From an uncultured Aquimarina sp. (GTDB taxonomy: Bacteria; Bacteroidota; Bacteroidia; Flavobacteriales; Flavobacteriaceae): a stretch of DNA of 64,000 bases. The notes beneath the pieces were generated by a model. The model had not been told where the DNA came from. It was given only the letters and a program-made list of their open reading frames with translations, and ran no database searches. Each line of letters starts with the position of its first letter. Within the stretch, counting starts at the first letter, position 1. Location of the stretch: contig CANLEM010000007.1 of the NCBI GenBank assembly GCA_947489685.1, positions 61,310 to 125,309 on the forward strand. The letters are read 5' to 3'. The translations under genes and the position numbers were made by a program. Positions 29,820 through 40,586 of the stretch are shown here, in pieces.

Positions 29820-32800
29820 CTAGTGATTATTACTTGCTTCGAGTTTAAAAGTTTCAATATCTCCGTTATTAATACCTATAAGCAGGTGTTTCTGGTTGTT
29901 TTTCGATATCAATTCCATAGACTTGGCATTGCCATTAATATAAAATCCAGTTTTATCAGGCCCCAGTATAGTATATCCATTTTTTTTATTTGAAAGCAAT
30001 ACCAGTCCAAATCCATTATCAAGACGCGGTGTTTCTACTTCAGTATTGTAGATATTACCCGCAATAATTATATCCTCATACCCATCTGCGTTAAAATCTA
30101 ATGGTTTACTGTCTATGATTGGAATAGTCTGAGCCATTTTTGGAAGAACTATTTTTTCAAAGACATCATTGCCTTTATTTAATAGAAGTATAGAGTTAAA
30201 TTCGTTTGCTTCTCTTTGATACGCAGTATTAATTTTATCGCCATAAATTTTTTGTAAATCTGCATTGGCAAACTCCTGATATGTTGGTATTTTTTTTGCG
30301 ATAAATGGCATTTGTTGTGATGAACATTCACGACCTCTTGCCGGCACAAAGTTTCCGTTGTATTTATAACTTAATACAACATCATGGGTTCCGTTTGAGT
30401 CAAAATCGTCTGCATATACCCGTAGGGGTTTTTGTTTAGTGGCTTTAAACTTAAAATTTAAACCAACATTTCCAATGATATAATCTTTATTGCCATCATT
30501 ATTTATATCTGTTTCAGAAACAGAAAACCACCACCCTTTTTCATTATCCAAATAACTTTTATTTGAAACATCTTTAAATATGCCTTGTTCATTTTTAAAC
30601 AAACCTATGTGAGTCCATTCGCCAACTGCAATAAAATCTTGCCATCCATCATTATTGAAGTCCGTTGCAATTACTTTATTCACAATTCCAAAATTTTCGA
30701 AAGAAGGGGCAATTTGTTTGGTAACGTTCTTAAAGGTTCCATTAATATTCTCGTAAATTACGGATGATGCTGAGATGGGGTATTTTTGAGATACAATTCT
30801 ATTGCCAAGGATAAGATCGTAATCACCATCTTTGTCAAAATCAATTTTGGCAATCGTTTTTCCGCTAAAACTTGGGTTATTGTCAGAGAATGGATGTTTT
30901 GTGAAATTTCCATTTCCGTCATTAATATATAATCTATCTTTTAAGTATTGTGAATCTTCTTTAAATTCGTTTCCGCCACTTACTACGTATATATCTATAT
31001 CTCCATCAGAATCAAAATCGAAAAACAGTGCTTCCATATCTTCGAACTTTGCATCCTGAACAAATAGTTTGGTTTGGCTTTTTTTAAACCCCTGTTCGGT
31101 TTGTATCAACAATTGTCCTGCTTGCCCTGTTGCGCCACCTATATAAATGTCCTCTTTCTTGTCACCATTTATATCTCCTTTTGTGATACAGGGACCTAGT
31201 GTGGATTGTTTGTAGGGTAGTAGTATTTCATTTTCAAAATCATTGTAATCATTTTCTATATGTTTAAAATGTAAAAGTTCTTTATTTCTGCTAAATGAAA
31301 TAGGGAGTGTCTTAATGTCGGATGTTTTTTCGAGAACAGCATTTTTTTCAGATACGTTTATTGTCGTATTTGCTTTTATGTTATATAGGGTCTCATGTTT
31401 TCCAGACAACCATGCTATTTTTACAGTATCTACCAATGTTGTTTTACCCAACCCAAAATGAATAGTTTTATCTATAGATGATAAATAACCTCTTACTCTT
31501 TTAGATTCTTTGGTCTTTATAGTGCCATTATAGTATAATGTAACTTTTGCAAAGTCTTCAGATGTATTACCTGTTGTATTGATTTTTAAGAAATTCCCAT
31601 GGTTGTTTTCTATACTCATGTTTTTGTATAAAAACGATTCTCCATCTATATTGTTTACTACAATTTCTAAATCTCCATCATTATCTAGGTCCGAATATGC
31701 GGCCCCATTAGAAAATGAAGGTTCATTGAGTTGAGTAGTAGGTGTTATATTTTCAAAATTTAAATCTCCATTATTTTTAAAAAGGATATTAGATAGTTTT
31801 TCTGAAGGTAAACGGTTGTATATTTCTTTTTTTACATCCAAAGGAACATTTCCTTTAAAATATGTTTTCGCTTTACGGATTAATGTTCGTATATCATTGT
31901 CAAGAGCATATTTTCTATATCCATTGGTTACATACACATCATCATTTTGGTCATTGTTAAAATCAAAAACAAGACCAGCCCAACTCCAATCTGTTTTAGA
32001 GAGCCCCGTGTGTTGCGCAATATTATGAAAAGTGTTATTGCCCGTGTTTAATTGTAATGAATTAAACATATATTGATCATGTAAATTAAGTGTGTTAATT
32101 AATAAATCAAACTTTTTTACATTCATAGATGCCATTAATGTTTTGGAGCGTACATGATCGCTTGATGCCATGTCCAAAACAAAAACATCTTTTAAATTGT
32201 CATTGTTTATATCTGCAATATCTACACCCATCCCATAAAAAGAAACTTGATTGGTGTAATCCTTAATTCGATCTGTAAAAGTATTATTCTTGTTATTGAT
32301 GTATAAAGCGTCGGGTACATAATAGTCATTGGCGATATAGATATCTATCCATCCATCATTATTGATGTCGCTAAGGCATAGCCCTAAACCAAAACTTGGT
32401 TGAAGAAGTCCGGATTTTTTTGTAATATCTATAAATTTTCCATTTACGTTTTGGTATAGATGACTTGAGCTTTTGGCTCGTTTAGATTCGTCTTTTAAAA
32501 TGCTGTAAAATGTAGTTGGATCGAGACCATAATACTCATTTTCATTCATTACGATACAGTCTAAATCACCATCTTTATCAAAATCAAAAAAAGCAGACTG
32601 TGTACTTATGCCAGAATCATCTAATCCATACTCTGAAGCTACTTCTTTAAAAGTTAAATCTTTTTGATTGATGAGGAGTAGGTTTTTTCTAGTATCTTCT
32701 TTATTGGGTCCACCTTGAGAGACATAGATGTCCATCCATCCATCGTTATTTACATCTGCAAATGTGACTCCGTTTGACCAATTTTTATTGGTATTGATAT

Positions 32801-33167
32801 TTGCTGTGGCCGATATATCTTCAAAAACGAGGTTTCCTTTATTGATATATAGCTTGTTTGGTACCTGATTACCGCAGAAAAATATATCCTTCAGGCCATC
32901 ATTATTTATGTCTTCAATTCCTACTCCGGCACCATTGTAAAAAAAATCAAAATCAAATAAGTTGGATTTTGTAGAGATGGTATCGGTTATAGTGTTTTTA
33001 AAATTCAAATTACTAATTGAAGCAGGGATTTTTGTAAAATATTGTAGTGAAGATTTTGTACTTGTTTTCTCTACGATAGTTTTTTGCTGCTCATTATTTA
33101 TACTTGAGTCCTTTTTGCAAGAATAAAGCATAAGAAGCGCACTGGATATGATAAGTAATTTATTCAT
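29820..33167 (-). CDS. FG-GAP/VCBS-repeat lipoprotein with ASPIC/UnbV-like segment (CRTAC1-like)
   Basis: Lipobox LYS-C. I count 13 Dx(N/D)xDGxxD-like Ca-binding repeats, in groups of 7 and 6, flanking GYLSSIDKTIHFGLG. Confidence 0.9.
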   Translation of the reverse strand: MNKLLIISSALLMLYSCKKDSSINNEQQKTIVEKTSTKSSLQYFTKIPASISNLNFKNTITDTISTKSNLFDFDFFYNGAGVGIEDINNDGLKDIFFCGNQVPNKLYINKGNLVFEDISATANINTNKNWSNGVTFADVNNDGWMDIYVSQGGPNKEDTRKNLLLINQKDLTFKEVASEYGLDDSGISTQSAFFDFDKDGDLDCIVMNENEYYGLDPTTFYSILKDESKRAKSSSHLYQNVNGKFIDITKKSGLLQPSFGLGLCLSDINNDGWIDIYIANDYYVPDALYINNKNNTFTDRIKDYTNQVSFYGMGVDIADINNDNLKDVFVLDMASSDHVRSKTLMASMNVKKFDLLINTLNLHDQYMFNSLQLNTGNNTFHNIAQHTGLSKTDWSWAGLVFDFNNDQNDDVYVTNGYRKYALDNDIRTLIRKAKTYFKGNVPLDVKKEIYNRLPSEKLSNILFKNNGDLNFENITPTTQLNEPSFSNGAAYSDLDNDGDLEIVVNNIDGESFLYKNMSIENNHGNFLKINTTGNTSEDFAKVTLYYNGTIKTKESKRVRGYLSSIDKTIHFGLGKTTLVDTVKIAWLSGKHETLYNIKANTTINVSEKNAVLEKTSDIKTLPISFSRNKELLHFKHIENDYNDFENEILLPYKQSTLGPCITKGDINGDKKEDIYIGGATGQAGQLLIQTEQGFKKSQTKLFVQDAKFEDMEALFFDFDSDGDIDIYVVSGGNEFKEDSQYLKDRLYINDGNGNFTKHPFSDNNPSFSGKTIAKIDFDKDGDYDLILGNRIVSQKYPISASSVIYENINGTFKNVTKQIAPSFENFGIVNKVIATDFNNDGWQDFIAVGEWTHIGLFKNEQGIFKDVSNKSYLDNEKGWWFSVSETDINNDGNKDYIIGNVGLNFKFKATKQKPLRVYADDFDSNGTHDVVLSYKYNGNFVPARGRECSSQQMPFIAKKIPTYQEFANADLQKIYGDKINTAYQREANEFNSILLLNKGNDVFEKIVLPKMAQTIPIIDSKPLDFNADGYEDIIIAGNIYNTEVETPRLDNGFGLVLLSNKKNGYTILGPDKTGFYINGNAKSMELISKNNQKHLLIGINNGDIETFKLEASNNH

Positions 33168-33360
33168 GTAATTAAATAATTCAATAACTGGTTAAAGATA
33201 CAAGACTGTTACTCTTTTAGAAATAAAATAGAAGACTTTTTTGATGTTTAATATACATGACAATAACGCTATAAAGTTTTTTTTGAAAAAGATGAAATAC
33301 CTGCCTATAAAGCGCAGATAGAAGTAATTGTTTTTTTGAAAGTTAGGAGTAGGGTAAAAT

Positions 33361-33393
33361 AAAAAAAGGTTCCTCCGTAGAGAAACCTTTTTT
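33361..33393. terminator. Intrinsic terminator after the susC-susD-lipoprotein unit
   Basis: AAAAAAAGGTT-C-CTC-CGTA-GAG-A-AACCTTTTTT. Confidence 0.8.
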
Positions 33394-33410
33394 CTATTAT
33401 TATGAATGCT

Positions 33411-34295
33411 TTATAAGCAAATATTCAAAAATATTTCACCAGGCGCTGGGGCAGGTCCATCTGCTGCAGCTTCTAGTGGGTCAGATCCATCAAGTGCATC
33501 ATAATCTATTGTATATGTATGCTCTGATTCAAAACTACCTGGAGTATATGTAAATGTTAACGTAGTAGTTCCTGCAGGAACAGTTACAACATGTGTAGTA
33601 CCATCACCTTCTGCAGTATAATCTGTACTTACGCCATCTATAGTTACTGTAATGAATGCTCCATCCCAACCATCTCCAAAGTCATCAACTAGATCTAGCG
33701 TGTATTCTCCAGCAAAAGGAGTAATAGGAATACATTTTAGTCCAACGTTGTATATAAAAGGAGAGGAGAAAAAAGAACCTCCTGAAACAGTTCCTCCTAG
33801 GTTAGTATTAGTGTAAATCGCTCCATTAGTTAATTCTAATTCAAAACGAAAACTAAACACATCACCTCCATTAAACTCACCAGCACTTAGTCCATTAACA
33901 GCTAAGGCTTCGGCTAATGTAGAAGAGAAATCTAATCGAGGAAGATTAAAATCCGAAACTGTTAAGCCAGCTCCTGTTTCTGTTAATATAAGTACTTCAG
34001 GTTTACTGTTGTCAGTACCATCATCCAGGTTGTCCGTAAAACTTTGGTATAATCTAATTTCAGAAATCAACCCTCCATTTTCTGCATCTTGTTCTTCAAT
34101 AGCTACATCAAATACAAATCGAGAATCATTTGGATCAAAAAAGTTAAACGTGTTGGTAGCACTAATAGTTCTTAAGACAGCCCCATTAGTGACTCCCGCT
34201 AAAACATCGTCAATAGTTTTATCATCTGTACTACAAGATTGCATTAGTGAAAATGCAAAAAGGAGAACAAAGAATTTATTTATATATTTTTTCAT
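33411..34295 (-). CDS. Surface lipoprotein in SusE-like position
   Basis: Lipobox MQS-C followed by STDD. Acidic, two beta-rich domains, and a C-terminal DDFGDGWDG motif. Confidence 0.8.
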   Translation of the reverse strand: MKKYINKFFVLLFAFSLMQSCSTDDKTIDDVLAGVTNGAVLRTISATNTFNFFDPNDSRFVFDVAIEEQDAENGGLISEIRLYQSFTDNLDDGTDNSKPEVLILTETGAGLTVSDFNLPRLDFSSTLAEALAVNGLSAGEFNGGDVFSFRFELELTNGAIYTNTNLGGTVSGGSFFSSPFIYNVGLKCIPITPFAGEYTLDLVDDFGDGWDGAFITVTIDGVSTDYTAEGDGTTHVVTVPAGTTTLTFTYTPGSFESEHTYTIDYDALDGSDPLEAAADGPAPAPGEIFLNICL

Positions 34296-34314
34296 GAAGA
34301 ATATTTTTTAATTA

Positions 34315-36042
34315 TTAATTTGCTACTGGAGCGCTAGCGTTAGTATCCCAAAATACAGGTTGCGTCTGATCTGCTTTTTGGCTAATGTTAGCGTTTGTGT
34401 TTACCTCATTTGCAGGGTAAAACAAAGATCTAATAAATACACCAGGGCTAGGATTTAAACTTGCTTGCAATGTAGTAGGGTATCCAGTTCTTCTATAAAA
34501 ATTATAAGACTCTATTCCGTTACCAAATACAGCAATAAAATATTGCTCTCCTAAAATATCCCATTTTCCTGCCATATCTGCTGCATTGAAAGCAGTTTCG
34601 ATACTTGTAATGAAAGCAGTAACATCTGCAGCTGAAGGTTCAAAAGAAGTATCAGCAGAAGTATCAAGACCAATAAAGCTTTGTGCTTTTGCAATAGATT
34701 TTGTTATACCAGCAGACATAAAAGTTCCAGCTGCCATAGCGTTTCCGTTTACCATTGCGATCTCTGCTTGCATGAAATCTACCCATGCAGCTGTTAATAT
34801 TGGAGTGATACCAGCGCCACCACCACCAGAACCAAGTGCAACACCTGCATTGTCTGGATCAGTGTCAAATCGATCATCATCAAATTTTCCTCCAACTGGA
34901 TAAACTCCAAAAGTGGTTCGTAAAAAACCATCTGGTGGGATACCAGCAGGATCTCCATGATCTCTTCCCCAATAACCATTGTCCAAATTACAAAATGTAA
35001 ATCCTCCTGCTACATAATGTGCAGGCGCAGTTTGTAAAGAACATTGTAAAGTTTCTTCGTTTGGCGGTATTCCGGTTGCTCCTGGAACAGCATCGGTTTG
35101 TCTGTAAAAGTAGTAACGAATCCTTGGATCTGAAGAAGTGTCCATTTGGTTCATTAACCAATTAGACATATAATCACCAGCTCCAGTAGCTGTATAGTTT
35201 AAACCATATCTAGGATGTCTAGTATCTGGTTGAGAAGCACTTGTAGCTGGCCAGTTAAATTGAAAATCATCTGCAGAATCAGTAATGTAATCTCCTGTAT
35301 TTAATATAGCAGTAATACTAGCCAAAGCAGTTGGGTCTACCAAACGTCTTTGGTTATACAAACGCATTTTAAGCGTATTTGCAGCATTTACCCACTTATC
35401 ATAGTCGTCTCCATAAAAGAAGATTGTAGCAGGTTCAACGGTTACATCATTTTGGAAATTAACGATAGCATTATCTAAAAGAACTAGTGCAGCGTCATAA
35501 ACAGAGGCACCACTATCTAGGGCAGGGTTTAAATTATCAGACCCTCCTATTGCTTCAGAATATGGGATATCACCATAAAAATCTACCATTGCTGTGATTA
35601 CATAGGCTTCTATAAATTGAGCAATAGCGATATGTCTAGTTTGTCCATTTGCTTCAGCAAGTGGAACCATAGATCTAATGTCAGCCAATATACCTTGGTA
35701 AGCATTTACCCATTCATCATCAGAGTCACTACCTAAATAAGCTGTGTTGTACTGATTACTTGAAGTTAATGCGAAAAGTCTGGTTAATTGTGATCCAAAA
35801 AGAGATAGTCCATCTCCATTCGTATTTCCTCCTGATACCCAATTGTCGTTGGCATCAAAATCCGCATCACCTTCTATTTGTCTTACAAAATCCTCTTGTA
35901 TAGAAGTTAAAAATAAATCTACGCCTGCTTGATCCGGAGTTAAGAAATTAGGATCTTCAGTAAGATCTAGCTCCGTTGTCTCGCAAGAAAAAACAAGAAA
36001 GAGGCTTGTTACAATTAATATATATTTATTTATGTTTTTCAT
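34315..36042 (-). CDS. SusD/RagB family outer-membrane lipoprotein (pair 2)
   Basis: Lipobox VFS-C, YGDIPYSEA, WVNAANTLKMRLY, DPRIRYYFYRQ and RRTGYP motifs. Confidence 0.93.
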   Translation of the reverse strand: MKNINKYILIVTSLFLVFSCETTELDLTEDPNFLTPDQAGVDLFLTSIQEDFVRQIEGDADFDANDNWVSGGNTNGDGLSLFGSQLTRLFALTSSNQYNTAYLGSDSDDEWVNAYQGILADIRSMVPLAEANGQTRHIAIAQFIEAYVITAMVDFYGDIPYSEAIGGSDNLNPALDSGASVYDAALVLLDNAIVNFQNDVTVEPATIFFYGDDYDKWVNAANTLKMRLYNQRRLVDPTALASITAILNTGDYITDSADDFQFNWPATSASQPDTRHPRYGLNYTATGAGDYMSNWLMNQMDTSSDPRIRYYFYRQTDAVPGATGIPPNEETLQCSLQTAPAHYVAGGFTFCNLDNGYWGRDHGDPAGIPPDGFLRTTFGVYPVGGKFDDDRFDTDPDNAGVALGSGGGGAGITPILTAAWVDFMQAEIAMVNGNAMAAGTFMSAGITKSIAKAQSFIGLDTSADTSFEPSAADVTAFITSIETAFNAADMAGKWDILGEQYFIAVFGNGIESYNFYRRTGYPTTLQASLNPSPGVFIRSLFYPANEVNTNANISQKADQTQPVFWDTNASAPVAN

Positions 36043-36059
36043 TTCTTTAAATTATAAAA

Positions 36060-39000
36060 TTAAAAAGTTGCCTTTACACTAAATCCATATCTTCTAGCAC
36101 TCGGCCCATTAATGAAATCAAAACCAAATCCATTTCCTACTCCTGTTCCAGAAGTATTTGGATCAAAGTTTGCTCCATCTGGAGTGTTTACAGCATCATA
36201 CCAAAGATTGTTACCAGAGGCTGTAAGTGTCACAGAACCAAAAGGTGTTTTCTCTAAGTATTTCTTTGGAAAATTATAGGCAAGTGAAACTTCTTGCAAT
36301 CTTATTAATGTTGCATCATATACTTGGTTTTCATTAGGTCCAAATAATACATTACTAAAATAAAAATCAGAATTATTTATTTGTACAGTATTTGGATTTC
36401 CACTAGCATCAACTCCAGGTAAAATAAAAGTATTTTCTCTATCTAAAGTTTCTACAATTAGACCTCTACCTAATAAAGTAGAGATAGTACTTGAGTAAAT
36501 ATCACCACCTTTAGTGTAGTTAACTTGTACTCCTAACGAGAAATTTTTGTAAGAAAAAGTGTTCTTAAAGTTCATTGTGTAGTCTGGGTTAGGATCTCCT
36601 ATAATACCATCCTCTGGATCTTGAACGTAAAATCCATCTGTACCAACTACTAAATTACCATTATCGTCTCTTAATATTCTTGAACCAAAAAGAACACCAA
36701 GTGGTTCTCCTTTTATTGCTGCATTACCAAGATTTGAAAAACCTGAATATACTACTAAATCAGTATCTAATCCTAAGTCGGTAACTTCAGATCTATAAGT
36801 TGTGAAATTCAAATTGGCATCCCAATTAAATCCATCATCTGTGCTACTCTCTATTAAAGTAACTCCTAAATCTAATTCAAGACCTTTGTTTTCAATCTCA
36901 CCAATATTTGTTCTTGTAGTGGTATTACCTGTTGTTGGTCCCAATGGTCTGTTGATAATTAGATCCTCAGTAATTCTATAATAAAAAGATAAATCAACAG
37001 AAACTCTGTTTTTCCAAAATTTACCCTCTAAACCAATTTCATATTCAGTCAGTAATTCTGGTTTTAAGTCTGGGTTTCCTAATACATTACTTGTTGTGTT
37101 AGATACTACATTAGATCCACCATCTTGAAAATCTTGCGTATCTAAAGATAATGTGTTAGCAACAGGGAATCCTGGATCACCAAAACTTGCCGATGTTCCG
37201 TATCCTGCTCGTAGTTTTAGATAATTAACCATATCCGATCTCAGACCAGCAATAGCAGATGTCGGTAAAAAGGAAAGACTAGCACTTGGATAAAAAATAG
37301 ATCTGTTATCGCTTTCAAAATTAGATACCCAATCATTTCTTCCTGCTAATGTTAAGAATAAATAATTTTCATAATCAAATTGTGCTTGTCCGTATAAACC
37401 AACAATGTTTCTTTCGAAGAATGATTGTATTTCATTTTGTCTTAAAAAGTTAAAGTGTCTTAAAACTCCGAATGACTGTTGACCATCACTGGCAGTACCG
37501 TTTTGATCAAAAATTACATTTCTTGAAGTAGCACCTGCAGTAAAATTAACACCGATTTTCTCGTTAAGTTGAGCATTTCCGGTTAAAGCGATATTGTGGT
37601 CATAAATAGAGTTTAGGTTGTTCCAAGTTTCATAAAAACCACTAGCCAAACGTACATCACCACTATTACTATTTACCCCGCCTTTGTTTTGAAAGTTTAC
37701 GTTACTTTCATTATAAACATCGATACCCGCACGGTAAAAAATACTTAAATTATCATTAAAGTTATATTGTATTGTAGCATTACCAAAAACACGATTCGTT
37801 AATTGCGAAGTCTGTGCGTTGTTTAGTGTCCAAAGTGGATGCTGAATACTATTGTTTTGTCTATAATATACACTACCACCTGTTACAGGATCCTGAAAAG
37901 GAAGACCTTGTATATCAATACTTCTAGGAGTAAACCATAAATCTCCAAAAATTGAAGAACCTGTACCGGTTGCTCCATTACCTTGACTTAAGGCTACCGG
38001 AGGAGAAACAAAATTTGTTCTGGCAAAATTTAAAGTTCCACTTATGGTAAACTTATTATTTAGTTTTGCACTACCACCTATACCTAATGTATTACGACCT
38101 AATTTATTTCCTGGTGTAAAACCTTCATCATCTAAATGTCCATAATTTACATTGTATGAAATTTTTCCATTGTCAGAAACTCCTCTAAGATTAACAGATG
38201 CCGAAGCGGCTCCTCCTATTCTAAAGAAATCTTTTACACTATCATATGGTCTCCAGTCATAACGTGCTCCTTGAAACTCAGGGAAAGCAGCTTGAATTGC
38301 CGGAGTTGAAGTAGAATATGGATGTGGAAGTGTAGCGTTTGCATCAATTGCAGAACTGTTTCCATAACCAGAAACTCCACCTTCTCTAAAACTAGGTCCC
38401 CAGTTACTAAAGAACCATCCAAAAGATTGGTCAAAACCATTACCGTATTCATCTTGGTAATCTGGAAGAGATGCTATTTCAGTAAAGAAGTAAGAAGAAG
38501 AAACGGTTACTTCCATTTTCTTTTGTGCATTCCCAGAAGCTCCTGCTTTAGTTGTAATCAATACAACACCATTTCGTCCATCACTTCCGTATAAAGTTGA
38601 AGCGGCTAGACCTTTTAATACACTTACGCTTTCAATACTATTGGGATCCAAATCTAGAAATCTACTAGATCCATTGTTACCATTTACAAAGTCATTTCGA
38701 CTTCCCTGTCGTCCAGAAGCGTTAGTATCTGTACTAAAAGGAACACCGTCTACTATAAATAGAGCTTGGTTACTCGAGCTAAATGAGTTTTGCCCTCTAA
38801 TAACGATGTTGGTACCAGATCCGGTAAGACCACTTTGTTGTGTGATCTGTACACCCGCTGATTTACCAAGTAATACCCTGGCAATATCTCCTTCAGAGCG
38901 TTGCGCAATTTCTTCGCTTTTAATTTCACTTACGGCATATCCCAGAGATTTTTTCTCTCTCTTAATACCTTGGGCAGTTACAATTACTTCTTCCAACTCC

Positions 39001-39299
39001 GAAGCAGAAGCTTGCAGTTGTACATCAATTGTATTACCCGATCCAACAATTACTTCCTTGTCAGAGAACCCCAAAAAACTAAAAACAAGAGAACTTCCTT
39101 CAGCAGCTTCGATAGAGTATAATCCATCAAAATCTGATTGAGTTCCAGTGTCAGTATTTTTTATAATGATATTTACGCCAGGTAAAGGGGAGCCCTTGTC
39201 ATCAGTAACCTTACCTGTTACGGTTTTTTCTTGTGCAAAAGAAAATTGCACGACTAATGCCATGAGCAGCATTAGAATTTGCCTCATTGATAATTTCAT
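36060..39299 (-). CDS. SusC/RagA TonB-dependent transporter (pair 2)
   Basis: Signal ending SFA-Q, LEEVIVTAQG, LFIVDGVP, LYGSDGRNGVVLITTK, and C-terminal YGFSVKATF. Confidence 0.97.
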   Translation of the reverse strand: MKLSMRQILMLLMALVVQFSFAQEKTVTGKVTDDKGSPLPGVNIIIKNTDTGTQSDFDGLYSIEAAEGSSLVFSFLGFSDKEVIVGSGNTIDVQLQASASELEEVIVTAQGIKREKKSLGYAVSEIKSEEIAQRSEGDIARVLLGKSAGVQITQQSGLTGSGTNIVIRGQNSFSSSNQALFIVDGVPFSTDTNASGRQGSRNDFVNGNNGSSRFLDLDPNSIESVSVLKGLAASTLYGSDGRNGVVLITTKAGASGNAQKKMEVTVSSSYFFTEIASLPDYQDEYGNGFDQSFGWFFSNWGPSFREGGVSGYGNSSAIDANATLPHPYSTSTPAIQAAFPEFQGARYDWRPYDSVKDFFRIGGAASASVNLRGVSDNGKISYNVNYGHLDDEGFTPGNKLGRNTLGIGGSAKLNNKFTISGTLNFARTNFVSPPVALSQGNGATGTGSSIFGDLWFTPRSIDIQGLPFQDPVTGGSVYYRQNNSIQHPLWTLNNAQTSQLTNRVFGNATIQYNFNDNLSIFYRAGIDVYNESNVNFQNKGGVNSNSGDVRLASGFYETWNNLNSIYDHNIALTGNAQLNEKIGVNFTAGATSRNVIFDQNGTASDGQQSFGVLRHFNFLRQNEIQSFFERNIVGLYGQAQFDYENYLFLTLAGRNDWVSNFESDNRSIFYPSASLSFLPTSAIAGLRSDMVNYLKLRAGYGTSASFGDPGFPVANTLSLDTQDFQDGGSNVVSNTTSNVLGNPDLKPELLTEYEIGLEGKFWKNRVSVDLSFYYRITEDLIINRPLGPTTGNTTTRTNIGEIENKGLELDLGVTLIESSTDDGFNWDANLNFTTYRSEVTDLGLDTDLVVYSGFSNLGNAAIKGEPLGVLFGSRILRDDNGNLVVGTDGFYVQDPEDGIIGDPNPDYTMNFKNTFSYKNFSLGVQVNYTKGGDIYSSTISTLLGRGLIVETLDRENTFILPGVDASGNPNTVQINNSDFYFSNVLFGPNENQVYDATLIRLQEVSLAYNFPKKYLEKTPFGSVTLTASGNNLWYDAVNTPDGANFDPNTSGTGVGNGFGFDFINGPSARRYGFSVKATF

Positions 39300-39615
39300 T
39301 GTGTGTGTTTATTTTTAAATTAGCCTGCCTCAAATTTGATGATAAAAAAACAGTAATCGGTTGTTTTTTGGTTTATTTTAACAGTTTTTTAACTTTTAAA
39401 ATCTGTTAATTTATAATAATTTAAGAGTATTTATTGTGTTTTAAGTAGTGTTTTGCTAGTAAAAAGTAGATTTTTTGTTAAAAAGCATGATATGAACATT
39501 AAAATAGAATTTGTTATTTTTTGAAATTAAAAACTTTTTTAAGTCTTGAAAGCGTGGGTTTTTTTGCCTAAAAAAACAGTAATTCTGCTTCTGTTTGAAA
39601 ATTAATCTCTTAGGA

Positions 39616-39646
39616 TTTGATTTGCTCAAAAAAAATTCTACCTTTG
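39616..39646 (+). promoter_or_regulatory. str operon promoter (-33/-7)
   Basis: TTTG (39616-19), a 19-nt spacer, then TACCTTTG (39639-46). This matches the Bacteroidota consensus. Confidence 0.8.
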
Positions 39647-39701
39647 CAGCCCTTTAAAAAGGGATATTTTATAATTATTTAATAATAGTGTAAAGCAAAT
39701 T

Positions 39702-40076
39702 ATGCCAACAATTTCACAATTAGTAAGAAAAGGTAGAGCCAAAATAACTAAGAAGAGTAAATCGGCTGCTTTGGATTCGTGCCCGCAACGACGCGGTGTT
39801 TGTACGCGTGTATATACGACTACACCAAAAAAACCAAACTCGGCTATGAGAAAAGTAGCGCGTGTTAGGTTGACTAATGGTAAGGAAGTAAATGCGTACA
39901 TCGGCGGTGAGGGTCACAATCTCCAGGAGCACTCGATAGTATTAGTTAGAGGTGGAAGGGTAAAAGATTTACCAGGAGTTAGGTATCACATCGTTCGTGG
40001 AGCTTTAGACACCGCTGGTGTTGAGGGTAGAACACAACGTAGATCTAAGTATGGTGCAAAACGCCCTAAGAAGTAA
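39702..40076 (+). CDS. rpsL: 30S ribosomal protein S12
   Basis: [20 protein letters not shown] and [11 protein letters not shown]. Confidence 0.99.
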   Translation: MPTISQLVRKGRAKITKKSKSAALDSCPQRRGVCTRVYTTTPKKPNSAMRKVARVRLTNGKEVNAYIGGEGHNLQEHSIVLVRGGRVKDLPGVRYHIVRGALDTAGVEGRTQRRSKYGAKRPKK

Positions 40077-40099
40077 TTAAAAACTTTTAAGAAGAAGAC

Positions 40100-40576
40100 A
40101 TGAGAAAAAGAAAGGCTAAAAAAAGACCAATTTTGCCGGATCCACGTTTTAACGATCAATTAGTGACTCGTTTTGTAAACATGATGATGTGGGACGGAAA
40201 GAAGTCAACTGCTTTTAGAATTTTTTACGATGCAATAGATATCGTAGATGAAAAGAAACAAAATGAGGAAAAAACCGCGTTAGAAATGTGGAAAGATGCA
40301 TTATCTAATGTGATGCCTCACGTAGAAGTACGAAGCCGTAGAGTTGGTGGAGCTACTTTTCAAATTCCTAATCCAATCAGACCAGACCGTAAGATATCTA
40401 CTGCTATGAAGTGGTTGATTCAGTTTTCTCGTAAGAGAAATGAAAAATCTATGGCTCAGAAACTTGCTGCAGAAATTATTGCTGCAGAAAAAGAAGAAGG
40501 AGCTGCGGTTAAGAAAAGAGTAGATACTCATAAAATGGCTGAAGCAAATAAAGCATTCTCACACTTTAGATTTTAA
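40100..40576 (+). CDS. rpsG: 30S ribosomal protein S7
   Basis: [13 protein letters not shown] and [12 protein letters not shown]. Confidence 0.99.
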   Translation: MRKRKAKKRPILPDPRFNDQLVTRFVNMMMWDGKKSTAFRIFYDAIDIVDEKKQNEEKTALEMWKDALSNVMPHVEVRSRRVGGATFQIPNPIRPDRKISTAMKWLIQFSRKRNEKSMAQKLAAEIIAAEKEEGAAVKKRVDTHKMAEANKAFSHFRF

Positions 40577-40586
40577 TCATTAAGAA

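Noticed and set aside
39628-39635. A8 tract in the rpsL promoter spacer and the T9 tract before the TTG start at 61401 as phase-variation sites
   Set aside because: Such homopolymers are common in this AT-rich genome. Phase variation of the ribosomal promoter is implausible, and no variant data are available.
39702-40076. Streptomycin-resistance substitutions in S12
   Set aside because: The TPKKPNS and GRVKDLPG motifs carry the wild-type lysines.
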